A stretch of DNA of 22,770 bases. It comes from Armatimonadota bacterium. GTDB lineage: Bacteria > Armatimonadota > UBA5829 > DTLH01. The stretch covers positions 1-22,770 of the forward strand of contig JBDKUN010000020.1 in the NCBI GenBank assembly GCA_039679675.1, in the 5' to 3' direction. The position numbers and the translations under genes were made by a program. Position 1 is the first letter of the stretch, and each line of letters begins with the position of its first letter. Of this stretch, positions 1-7,757 are shown piece by piece. A model generated the notes under the pieces. The model made no database searches. It worked only from the letters and a program-made list of their open reading frames with translations, and had not been told where the DNA came from.

Positions 1-77
1 GAAAATATTGAGCGTAAAATGTAATATCCCACGCTTGATTGCAAGTATTAATGAAGGGCGGTTCACCTTTGCCACCT

Positions 78-123
78 GCCCGGGGAGGGCAGTTTTACCT
101 ATCCTTTCCCTGCTCCCCCGGGC
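78..123 (+). other. GC-rich hairpin with pyrimidine-rich loop
   Basis: GCCCGGGGAGGGCAG (78-92) pairs imperfectly with CTGCTCCCCCGGGC (110-123); loop TTTTACCTATCCTTTCC. Confidence 0.55.
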
Positions 124-129
124 GAAGAT

Positions 130-205
130 GCCCATATAGCTCAATTGGTAGAGCATCGGTTTTGTAAACCGAATGTTGAGGGTTCAATCCCTTCTGTGGG
201 CTCCA
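130..205 (+). tRNA. tRNA-Thr (anticodon TGT)
   Basis: 76-nt cloverleaf: acceptor GCCCATA/TGTGGGC, D arm GCTC..GAGC, anticodon stem TCGGT/ACCGA with loop TTTGTAA, T arm GAGGG-TTCAATC-CCTTC, encoded CCA; C2:G71 fits Thr identity. Confidence 0.97.
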
Positions 206-346
206 ACACCTAAAAACGGACAATGGCGACACCTGCCGGGAATATTCTAGGAGTCTTCGTCACGGGGCGGAGGCGTTAGTCACTTGTGGAATGTTGAGTG
301 GTGTGACTGCCGGGAGAGTTCGGCTATTCATTTTCAGGAGGATATT

Positions 347-604
347 ATGACCGAACCAGTGCTCAGATGCAAGATGCGTGTACAGTCTGTAACGCATCAG
401 AAAGACGATAAGGGCGAAACTTCACAGGAGGTGGTTGACCTCTGTGCAGTATATGGTGAGCCCGGCACTCCCAACAGCGAATGGTCAAAGTATACCCCAG
501 CAGCGCAGTTTAAAATCCACATAAACAACCCGGATGCTTTCAATAAACTATCCAAGGGTCATGAGTTCTATGTGGACTTCACACCTGCTGAAGTAAGCAA
601 GTAA
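347..604 (+). CDS. Small phage hypothetical protein (85 aa)
   Basis: AGGAGG RBS before ATG 347, preferred over the ORF-track start at 284; pattern RCKMRV..WSKYTP..I.NP..EFYVDFTPA resembles a small protein I recall as common in phages. Confidence 0.85.
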   Translation: MTEPVLRCKMRVQSVTHQKDDKGETSQEVVDLCAVYGEPGTPNSEWSKYTPAAQFKIHINNPDAFNKLSKGHEFYVDFTPAEVSK

Positions 605-610
605 TAACCT

Positions 611-706
611 TTGGCCCCGGAGACGCTCTAGGCAGACTCCGCTACGAGAGCACTGATACCGCAAGGTAAGCAGGATGTAGCCGACACCTATCGGAGTAGG
701 GGCCAA
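611..706 (+). ncRNA. Candidate structured ncRNA (multi-stem junction, GNRA loop, two possible pseudoknots)
   Basis: TTGGCCCC/GGGGCCAA closing stem; GGAG/CTCC, GCTAC/GTAGC, TACC-GCAA-GGTA and CCGA/TCGG internal stems; loop-loop complementarities. Confidence 0.55.
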
Positions 707-717
707 TTGCACTCATC

Positions 718-829
718 CCAAAAGCCAATACGGCTATTCTTTCTCTTTTCTCCTTTCCATTCTGTGTTGTGGGGTAGGCAACAATCTAAATACCTTCGCT
801 CCTTGGCTTTTCGGACACAGCCTACCCCA
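718..829 (+). ncRNA. Candidate pseudoknotted or switching RNA with CU-rich linkers
   Basis: AAAAGCCAA 720-728 / TTGGCTTTT 803-811 interleaved with TGGGGTAGGC 770-779 / GCCTACCCCA 820-829. Confidence 0.45.
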
Positions 830-849
830 TTCCTTTTTCTGGAGGATCT

Positions 850-1002
850 ATGGCACGACAGAGCAATACCTCCAAGCGGAAGCAAGCCCTTGATATTCTT
901 GCAGAGCCCTTCGATACGAGAATGATACGCGACGTGTTTCGCGCGGAGTCGAAGCGGAAGGGTAAGGGGCAAGTTGAGAAGGCTATTCGGGTGATTAGAT
1001 AA
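850..1002 (+). CDS. Small basic hypothetical protein (50 aa), absent from the ORF track
   Basis: GGAGG at 841-845; MARQSNTSKRKQALDILAEPFDTRMIRDVFRAESKRKGKGQVEKAIRVIR; stop overlaps the HNH start (TAATG). Confidence 0.75.
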   Translation: MARQSNTSKRKQALDILAEPFDTRMIRDVFRAESKRKGKGQVEKAIRVIR

Positions 1003-1349
1003 TGCCTACAGCTCCCAAGAGACCATGCGCAGTCAAAAACTGCCCTAACCTCACCAATAAACGATTCTGCGAGCAGCACGAACGCGAACACTGGAAGAGA
1101 TTAGATGCTAATAGATCGAACTCTGCAGCTCGTGGTTATGATGCCAGATGGAGCAAGCTCGCAAAGCTATACCTCAAGCGTAATCCATTATGCGAGGACT
1201 GCCAAGAGAGAGGGCTTACAGTAGCTGCTCAGTTAGTTCACCATATTAAAGAGGTTGACACACATCCCAAGCTCAGATTGAGCTGGGATAACTTGAGATC
1301 ATTGTGTAGAGCGTGTCACGAGCGCACACACGGATTCGACAGGCGGTAG
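1002..1349 (+). CDS. Terminase-associated HNH endonuclease (HK97 gp74-like)
   Basis: MP..PKRPC, RGYDARW, PLCEDC, VHHI, NLRSLCRACH motifs; lies immediately upstream of TerS. Confidence 0.93.
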   Translation: MPTAPKRPCAVKNCPNLTNKRFCEQHEREHWKRLDANRSNSAARGYDARWSKLAKLYLKRNPLCEDCQERGLTVAAQLVHHIKEVDTHPKLRLSWDNLRSLCRACHERTHGFDRR

Positions 1350-1385
1350 GGGGATGGGAAAACTTTTGAGCGTGGGGGATATGAC

Positions 1386-1395
1386 CGGCGGGGGC
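1386..1395 (+). other. Putative cos site (cohesive end) CGGCGGGGGC
   Basis: G-rich interval between HNH and terS, the usual cos position in HNH/cos phages; followed by direct repeats. Confidence 0.6.
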
Positions 1396-1419
1396 AGTCT
1401 CGGAGAAATGAAAGTGAGT

Positions 1420-1455
1420 TTTGCATGGGGGGGGTTGGTTTGCATGGGGAGGGTT
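1420..1455 (+). repeat. 17-bp direct repeat pair, possible terminase-binding sites
   Basis: TTTGCATGGGGGGGGTT (1420-1436) and TTTGCATGGGGAGGGTT (1439-1455), one mismatch. Confidence 0.7.
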
Positions 1456-1459
1456 CCAC

Positions 1460-1918
1460 ATGGGTAGACGCGGACCAACTCCTGAGCCGTCGGCTATAAA
1501 AGTGATGAAAGGTACAGGTGGTTACGGAACCAATGAACCAAAGCCGAGACCGGTTGTGCCTAAGTGCCCCAGTTACCTGGGCAGCGTTGGCAAACGGGAA
1601 TGGAAGCGGATCGTCCCAGAGCTGGATCGGTTGGGTCTGCTGACCTGCGTGGACGGCGCGGCGCTGGAATCATACTGCACGGCCTATGATAATATGGTCA
1701 TGGCGCAGAAGGTCCTCAAAAAATACGGCATGACCTTTTATACGGAGAAGGGTTATATCGTCCAGCGGCCGGAAGTGGCTATCGTGAACAAAAGTCTGAT
1801 GATCATTAAGGCTTTCTGTGCTGAGTTCGGACTGACGCCCAGCTCCCGTTCGCGGATGGCCATGCCGGATAAGCCTGACGAAGAGGACGAGATGGACAAA
1901 CTGCTTCGCGGCGGGTAG
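1460..1918 (+). CDS. terS: Terminase small subunit, P27 family
   Basis: MGRRGP.P.P start, P.YL...GKREW.RIV, D.AALE.YC, EFGLTPSSR motif; GGGAGG RBS supports ATG 1460. Confidence 0.95.
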   Translation: MGRRGPTPEPSAIKVMKGTGGYGTNEPKPRPVVPKCPSYLGSVGKREWKRIVPELDRLGLLTCVDGAALESYCTAYDNMVMAQKVLKKYGMTFYTEKGYIVQRPEVAIVNKSLMIIKAFCAEFGLTPSSRSRMAMPDKPDEEDEMDKLLRGG

Positions 1919-1922
1919 AATG

Positions 1923-1931
1923 TGATATAAT
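1923..1931 (+). promoter_or_regulatory. Extended -10 promoter of the moron
   Basis: TGaTATAAT consensus, followed by AGGAGG at 1938-1943. Confidence 0.7.
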
Positions 1932-1951
1932 GCAGCCAGGAGGGCAAGGCT

Positions 1952-2242
1952 ATGGTTGATAAGCGATATTTTATTTTGGCTGTATTTATATCTTTGGTGG
2001 TTGGTTGGGTAGTTTGCAGTATTTACACCACAAGCGGCGCTGAATATGATGCTAAAAAATATCAATATCAGCAGATGTGCAATAGATATGAGCAGATAAC
2101 AGTTAGTTATGATGATATGTTACGTAATGCCAAAAACGAACAGTCGAAAGTTGAGTTAATGCTGGCTGAGAACAATCGGATTCTTGCAGCAAATGAGCGA
2201 GTTTTGCAGCAGATCGATGCGAGAAAAGCTCAGGGATATTAA
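1952..2242 (+). CDS. Moron protein: N-terminal membrane anchor or signal plus coiled coil (96 aa)
   Basis: AT-rich ORF with hydrophobic FILAVFISLVVGWVVCSIY and a Q/E/N-rich helical tail; own promoter, RBS and terminator. Confidence 0.85.
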   Translation: MVDKRYFILAVFISLVVGWVVCSIYTTSGAEYDAKKYQYQQMCNRYEQITVSYDDMLRNAKNEQSKVELMLAENNRILAANERVLQQIDARKAQGY

Positions 2243-2275
2243 ACTTAAACAATAGTTATATAGATATTTAAAATG

Positions 2276-2308
2276 AGCCTTCCGGCAATAGTCGGAGGGC
2301 TTTTTGTT
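2276..2308 (+). terminator. Intrinsic terminator after the moron
   Basis: AGCCTTCCGGC-AATA-GTCGGAGGGCT followed by TTTTGTT. Confidence 0.85.
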
Positions 2309-2323
2309 ATTACCGGAGATAGA

Positions 2324-3865
2324 ATGTATGACCAGGCTAGAGCGGACCGTGCAGTCAACTTCATAAAGCTCCTAAAGCATACCAAAGGCAAATGGGCAGG
2401 CGTGCCATTTAATCTTCAGCCGTGGCAGGAGAACGAGATCATCCGTCCGCTATTCGGTACGGTGAACCCGGACGGCACTCGCCAGTATCGAACATCCTAC
2501 ATCCAGGAAGCGCGTAAAAACGGCAAGTCTGAAATCGCCTCCGGCATTGCTCTCTATATGCTCTTTGCCGATGGAGAGATGGGAGCCGAGATATACAGCG
2601 CGGCAGCGGATCGAGAGCAGGCGTCGATAGTTTTCAATACCGGCATTCAGATGATCCGGCAGAACAAGTCTTTATTCAAGCGCTGCAAGATCATCGAGTC
2701 ACAGCGCCGAGTCATTGTTCCCGGCACTAACAGCTTCTGGCGGGTCCTGTCGGCTGACGCATTCACAAAGCACGGATTAAACCCGCACTGCGTCATCTTT
2801 GATGAGCTGCATGCGCAGCCGAACCGGGAATTGTGGGATGTTCTGTCAACCGGTTTTGGAGCGCGAGAACAACCGCTGCTGATTGCAATCACCACAGCGG
2901 GTTACGACAAAAACTCTATTTGTTATGAGCAATATGACTATGCACAGCGAATCATCAAAGGCGATATCGAAGACAAAACCTTCTTTCCAGTCATTTTCGA
3001 GGTCCCACCCGATGCAGACTGGCGGGATGAAAAACTGTGGAAGCTCGCGAACCCCGGGCTTGGAGAATTCCGCAATCTGGACGAACTGCGGCAGATGGCA
3101 GCCAGAGCAGCGCAGGTCCCCGCATTTCAGAACACCTTCCGGCGATTATATTTAGACCAGTGGACCGAACAGGCTGAACGCTGGCTGGATATGGCCAAGT
3201 GGGATGAGTCGGCAGGCGAGGTCAACCTGGATGAACTCGAAGGGCAGGAGTGTTACGGAGGCCTGGACTTGGCGAGCACAACGGACATTGTTGCGTTTGT
3301 CCTGATGTTCCCGCGTGAAGACAAAAATACAAAGATCGTTCCTCTTTTCTGGATCCCGAAAGACAATATGCACGAGCGGGTGAAGCGCGACCGTGTGCCA
3401 TATGATGTATGGGTCCGGGATGGTCAAATGAAGACGACCGATGGTAACGTCGCTGATTATGCGACAATTCGCGAGGACATCATCGAGGCCAGCAAGCGAT
3501 GGAACATCAAAGAGATCGCTTATGACCGGTGGAACGCGACTCAGCTTGTACAGGACCTGATGGGCGAGGGACTGGAGATGGTCCCGATGGGTCAGGGGTT
3601 TGCTTCGATGTCGGCTCCAACCAAAGAGTTTGAGGTACGGCTTTTGTCCAAGAGCCTGCACCACGGCGGAAACCCTGTGCTTCGGTGGATGGCCGGGAAT
3701 GTCCAGGCGGCTCAAGACGCAGCGGGGAATATCAAGCCGGACAAGAAGAAATCTACCGAGAAAATCGACGGCATTGTCGCCTCTGTGATGGCACTTGACA
3801 GGGTTGTCCGTCACGAAACAGACGGGCCGAGCGTTTACGAGGAAAGGGACATGATCGTCCTATGA
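2324..3865 (+). CDS. terL: Terminase large subunit (Terminase_1 type)
   Basis: Walker A ARKNGKS, HGLNP, Walker B VIFDELH, ITTAG, nuclease GGLDLAS and KIDG; start moved to ATG 2324 (GGAG RBS) because 2273 sits at the start of the terminator hairpin. Confidence 0.97.
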   Translation: MYDQARADRAVNFIKLLKHTKGKWAGVPFNLQPWQENEIIRPLFGTVNPDGTRQYRTSYIQEARKNGKSEIASGIALYMLFADGEMGAEIYSAAADREQASIVFNTGIQMIRQNKSLFKRCKIIESQRRVIVPGTNSFWRVLSADAFTKHGLNPHCVIFDELHAQPNRELWDVLSTGFGAREQPLLIAITTAGYDKNSICYEQYDYAQRIIKGDIEDKTFFPVIFEVPPDADWRDEKLWKLANPGLGEFRNLDELRQMAARAAQVPAFQNTFRRLYLDQWTEQAERWLDMAKWDESAGEVNLDELEGQECYGGLDLASTTDIVAFVLMFPREDKNTKIVPLFWIPKDNMHERVKRDRVPYDVWVRDGQMKTTDGNVADYATIREDIIEASKRWNIKEIAYDRWNATQLVQDLMGEGLEMVPMGQGFASMSAPTKEFEVRLLSKSLHHGGNPVLRWMAGNVQAAQDAAGNIKPDKKKSTEKIDGIVASVMALDRVVRHETDGPSVYEERDMIVL

Positions 3866-5862
3866 AAATATTAGGGCTTGAAATCAGACGAGCGGCATCA
3901 TCCGGTTTGGCTGACCCGATACAGCAGCTTGTGGATATAATGGCAGGCGGCAGGACTAATGCCGGGATTATAGTAAACGAGCAGTCCGCCATGAGGATGA
4001 GCGCGGTGTGGGCCTGCACAAAAGTGCTCTCCGAAAGCATTGGAATGCTGCCGCTTATATTGTACCGGCGCGACGGAGATAAAAAAAGCCGTGCAGCTGA
4101 TCACCCGCTATACTCGATCCTGCATGACCAGCCGAACCCGGAGATGACGGCGTACACGTTCAAGCAGTCGATGATGGTCCACCTTTGTCTGAGGGGGAAC
4201 GCCTATGCTGAGATCGAGCGAGACCGGTTAGGCAGGGTTATAGCACTGTGGCCGATAGCTCAGGACCAGTTCAGCGTGACGCCTAAACGAGACGACAAAG
4301 GCCGAATTTATTACCGGGTTTTGAGCAGAAAATCAGGCGGTGAATACAAAATTCCGGCTGATAAGATGCTTCATATTATGGGCCTCGGTTACAACGGCCT
4401 TGTCGGACTGTCTCCAATCGGCCAGGCGCGGCAGAGCATAGGCCTGGGACTCGCTGCAGAAGAGTTTGGGGCGCGGTTTTTTGGAAATGGCGCGAACCTG
4501 TCGGGGGTGCTGCAACATCCTGAAAAAATATCCAGCGAAGCGGCTGAACGGCTAAGAAAGAGCTGGAATGAGTTATACAGCGGGCTCGCAAATAGCAATA
4601 AAACGGCGATACTCGAAGAGGGAATGACGTATAACCGCATCGGGATCCCGCCGGAAGATGCTCAGTTTATGGAGACCCGCAAGTTCCAGACGATAGACAT
4701 CGCCCGAATCTTCCGGGTCCCACCACACAAAATTATGGAGCTCGAACGGGCTACCTGGGCGAACATTGAGCACCTGTCAATCGAGTTTGTAACCGACTCA
4801 CTGGGGCCGTGGCTGGAAAACTGGGAACAGACGATCAGCTGGAAGCTGCTGGACCCGAAGGAGCGGCAGGAGTATTTCGCGGAATACCTGGTCAATGCAC
4901 TCCTCAGAGGTGACACCACAGCGCGATATAGTTCGTACGCTACAGGCCGTCAAAACGGCTGGCTCTCGGCTAACGACATCCGAAAGCTTGAGAATATGGA
5001 CCCGATAGACGGCGGTGATGTGTATCTGATACCTCTCAATATGGTACCGGCGGACCAGGCTGGGAGCAGACCTCCAAAACCTACTGATACACAGGGCGGC
5101 CCCAGCTCCACGCGCTCGCGCGAGAGCAGAGAAGAGTCCAGCGGCCCAGATCAGCGGCGCGGCCTGGCTGAGTCATACGCCCCGGTGTTCCGGGATGTGC
5201 TGGCACGGATATTTAAGCGCGAGCGCGCCGATATAATGCGGCAGGCCAAAAAGGGCGGCATTACGGATGATGCTCTCGTCAGATGGATCGAAGAGTATTA
5301 CGAGGAGCATCCATCATTTTCCGCGCGGAGCATCCTGCCTGCATTGGAGAGTTACGCAGACGCAATCGGACGGACAACCGAAGGTGAGACAGACAGAGCG
5401 TGGAACGGGCTGACGGATGATGTCCGCACATTTATAACTGACTACTCTGACACTTTCGGCACGCGCGAGTCCATATCATCCAGGATGCGGGTTTTGTCGA
5501 CAGTGCGGAAAGCGGCTGACGAGGAGACGGATAGAGCGGATTCCCTCAATCAGATGTTCGACGACTGGGATTCATCCAGAACTGAATCGGACACTGGACG
5601 GGAAACAAACCAGGCGGCGAACGCCATCACGAAGACGATTTACACCCTTGCAGGTGTAACGGTGCTTCGGTGGAGCGCGGGAAGCAAGGCCTGCCCGATC
5701 TGCCAGCAGATGCACGGAAAAATCTGCTCCATCTCCCACAACTTTGTCAGTGCGGGACACACGATAGACGGTAATGCGGACACTGCACCGCTTACGATAG
5801 AGCGCGATCTGGGACATCCCCCTCTGCACAAGGGATGCTCCTGCCAAATAGAACCAGGATAA
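3862..5862 (+). CDS. HK97-family portal protein with C-terminal MuF/head-morphogenesis-like extension
   Basis: SAVWAC, HPLY.IL...PN, LRGNAY, GLSPI, ILEEG, IARIFRVPP, GWLSANDIR..EN; then about 270 extra residues ending in W..ACPIC..PPLHKGCSC. Confidence 0.93.
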   Translation: MKILGLEIRRAASSGLADPIQQLVDIMAGGRTNAGIIVNEQSAMRMSAVWACTKVLSESIGMLPLILYRRDGDKKSRAADHPLYSILHDQPNPEMTAYTFKQSMMVHLCLRGNAYAEIERDRLGRVIALWPIAQDQFSVTPKRDDKGRIYYRVLSRKSGGEYKIPADKMLHIMGLGYNGLVGLSPIGQARQSIGLGLAAEEFGARFFGNGANLSGVLQHPEKISSEAAERLRKSWNELYSGLANSNKTAILEEGMTYNRIGIPPEDAQFMETRKFQTIDIARIFRVPPHKIMELERATWANIEHLSIEFVTDSLGPWLENWEQTISWKLLDPKERQEYFAEYLVNALLRGDTTARYSSYATGRQNGWLSANDIRKLENMDPIDGGDVYLIPLNMVPADQAGSRPPKPTDTQGGPSSTRSRESREESSGPDQRRGLAESYAPVFRDVLARIFKRERADIMRQAKKGGITDDALVRWIEEYYEEHPSFSARSILPALESYADAIGRTTEGETDRAWNGLTDDVRTFITDYSDTFGTRESISSRMRVLSTVRKAADEETDRADSLNQMFDDWDSSRTESDTGRETNQAANAITKTIYTLAGVTVLRWSAGSKACPICQQMHGKICSISHNFVSAGHTIDGNADTAPLTIERDLGHPPLHKGCSCQIEPG

Positions 5863-5875
5863 CCAGGAGGGCAAT

Positions 5876-6508
5876 ATGCCGCAAATAGCAGCAGACAGGC
5901 GCAGTTACAAGATAGAACTGCGATCAATAACGGGAGAGAACGGACAGCGGCGGATCGAGGGTCATGCCGCTGTTTTTAATTCTCTATCCGAAGAGATATG
6001 GGGTTTCCGGGAGATCATCAAGCCCGGCGCGTTCGCGAACGCCATCGTTAAATCGGATGTTCGGGCGCTCTGGAATCACAACCCGGATTATGTGTTGGGC
6101 CGGACTAAGGCCAAAACGCTCACCATTGCGGAGGATGATCGGGGCCTGGCAGTCAACATTATCCCGCCGGACACACAGTTTGCGCGGGACCTGATGACCT
6201 CAATGGACCGTGGAGACATCGATCAGATGTCGTTTGCGTTCACGGTCAAAAATGAGCGGTGGTATACGGTTGAGGAGAATGGGGAGAGCTTTACCATCCG
6301 TGAAATCACGGAGGTTGGCGAGTTATTCGATGTGTCGCCGGTTACATATCCGGCCTACAAGGATACGGATGTGTCGGCAAGGACAAAAGAGGCTTTGAAG
6401 GAGTATAGGGATGCTGCCGGTGCGGGCGGTCCTGATAACAACAACGCGGAATTTGAATACCGCAAGCGAGAGCTCGACATTCTGGATGCCGAGCTAATTG
6501 GAGGATAA
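5876..6508 (+). CDS. HK97-family prohead maturation protease
   Basis: IEGHAAVFN, FREII.PGAF, ALWNH, LGRT, QMSFAF, DVSPVTYPAY. Confidence 0.96.
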   Translation: MPQIAADRRSYKIELRSITGENGQRRIEGHAAVFNSLSEEIWGFREIIKPGAFANAIVKSDVRALWNHNPDYVLGRTKAKTLTIAEDDRGLAVNIIPPDTQFARDLMTSMDRGDIDQMSFAFTVKNERWYTVEENGESFTIREITEVGELFDVSPVTYPAYKDTDVSARTKEALKEYRDAAGAGGPDNNNAEFEYRKRELDILDAELIGG

Positions 6509-6509
6509 T

Positions 6510-7694
6510 ATGAACCTTAAAGAGTTGTATGAAAAGCGTGCCGCACTGGTCGCGCAGGCGCGCAAGTTCAACGATGACCATGCCAAGGACTGGAATGAGG
6601 AGCGAAAAGCCGAATACGAGAAGATCATGGACGAGGCTCGTGCCATCGGTGAGGAGATCAAGAGGCGCGAAGAGCTCGAGGCTATTGAGCAGGAGACACG
6701 GGCAGCCGGTCAGTCGCAGGGTAGAATCGTGCTTCCGCCTGAACCTGGCAATGGGCCAGCTGAAGGCCGCACAAGTGCGACAGACAGCGAGGAATACCGG
6801 AATGCGTATCTCTCATATCTTCGGAGCGGCCGCGACACTGATCTCCGTTCGATGAACATTACGGTCGATCCATCCGGCGGGTATCTGGTCCCTGACCAGA
6901 TGCACAGATCGATGATCGGCGCACTCACGGATTACTTGCCGATGAGGAATTACGCGACTGTAATTCCGATTCAGGCGAACCTCGATATCGTCTACGACAA
7001 CGACGACGGCGTGGCCTACTGGGTGGCCGAGGAGGGCATTCGTCAGGCGAGCGACAGCACGGTCGGGCTGCGGAAACTCACCGGTCATGCGGAGCAGGCT
7101 CTGCAGAAGGTGTCAAGGGCGCTCCTGCAGGATTCCACGTTCGACATTGCGTCGTTCGTTGCTCAGGGGTTCGGCAGGCGGTTTGCAAAGCTCGAACTTC
7201 CGGCGTTCACGACCGGCAACGGTATCGGCAAACCGACCGGATTCACTATTGACGCGCAGATAGGCAAAACTACTACTGCGAACAATGCAATTGACCCGGA
7301 CGAGGTGATCGATCTTTACTTCAGCCTGAAGTCGGAATATCGCGGTAAGGCCATCTGGATGATGAATGACTCCATCCTGTGCGATGTCGCGAAAATGAAA
7401 GACGGAGCAGGCCGATACATCTGGCAGTTGTCCCTCGCTCCTGGTAAGCCGGACACCATTCTCGGCAGGCCGGTTATCGCCAATTCAGAGATGGCAACGC
7501 TGGCGGGATCGGCAAAGGTCATGGCGTTCGGCGATTTCTCCTACTACTGGATAGTAGACAGGGGGACTCCGATCATCCAGAGACTGATCGAGCTCTATGC
7601 AGCGAACGGCCAGGACGGGTTCCTGCAGGAGAAGCGCGTTGACGGACGTTTGATGGTCCCCGAGGCTATCAAACTGATGTCTATGGCCGCATAG
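6510..7694 (+). CDS. Major capsid protein, HK97 fold with N-terminal coiled-coil delta domain
   Basis: GGYLVP, VS..LLQDS, GNG.GKP.G, WMMN, KD..GRYIW, FGDFS, RVDG; GGAGG RBS supports ATG 6510. Confidence 0.96.
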   Translation: MNLKELYEKRAALVAQARKFNDDHAKDWNEERKAEYEKIMDEARAIGEEIKRREELEAIEQETRAAGQSQGRIVLPPEPGNGPAEGRTSATDSEEYRNAYLSYLRSGRDTDLRSMNITVDPSGGYLVPDQMHRSMIGALTDYLPMRNYATVIPIQANLDIVYDNDDGVAYWVAEEGIRQASDSTVGLRKLTGHAEQALQKVSRALLQDSTFDIASFVAQGFGRRFAKLELPAFTTGNGIGKPTGFTIDAQIGKTTTANNAIDPDEVIDLYFSLKSEYRGKAIWMMNDSILCDVAKMKDGAGRYIWQLSLAPGKPDTILGRPVIANSEMATLAGSAKVMAFGDFSYYWIVDRGTPIIQRLIELYAANGQDGFLQEKRVDGRLMVPEAIKLMSMAA

Positions 7695-7715
7695 GTCAAT
7701 AACACTTAATAAATC

Positions 7716-7745
7716 ATACAGGGGCGGGAAGCCGCCCCTGTATTT
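7716..7745 (+). terminator. Hairpin or terminator after the capsid gene
   Basis: ATACAGGGGCGG-GAAG-CCGCCCCTGTAT with a short T tail. Confidence 0.7.
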
Positions 7746-7757
7746 GGAGCAAAGAAG

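Noticed and set aside
1..60. Late promoter at the window start
   Set aside because: TAAAAT and other AT-rich hexamers are present, but no properly spaced -35/-10 pair can be established without upstream sequence.
206..290. Theta/HDV-like ribozyme directly after the tRNA
   Set aside because: TCTTCGT resembles an L3 loop, but the flanking P3 is mismatched and I could not build P1/P2 or the catalytic junction.
625..700. ykkC/guanidine riboswitch or hammerhead identity for the structured RNA
   Set aside because: Only CTAGG..CGAGAG and CTGAT fragments match; the conserved 3' cores are missing.
688..1091. ORF-track frames 688-972, 707-925 and 822-1091
   Set aside because: No RBS, low-complexity translations, and overlap with better supported RNA structure and the 850-1002 ORF.
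2273..2323. Longer TerL N terminus from ATG 2273
   Set aside because: It runs through the terminator hairpin and lacks an RBS; ATG 2324 has GGAG.
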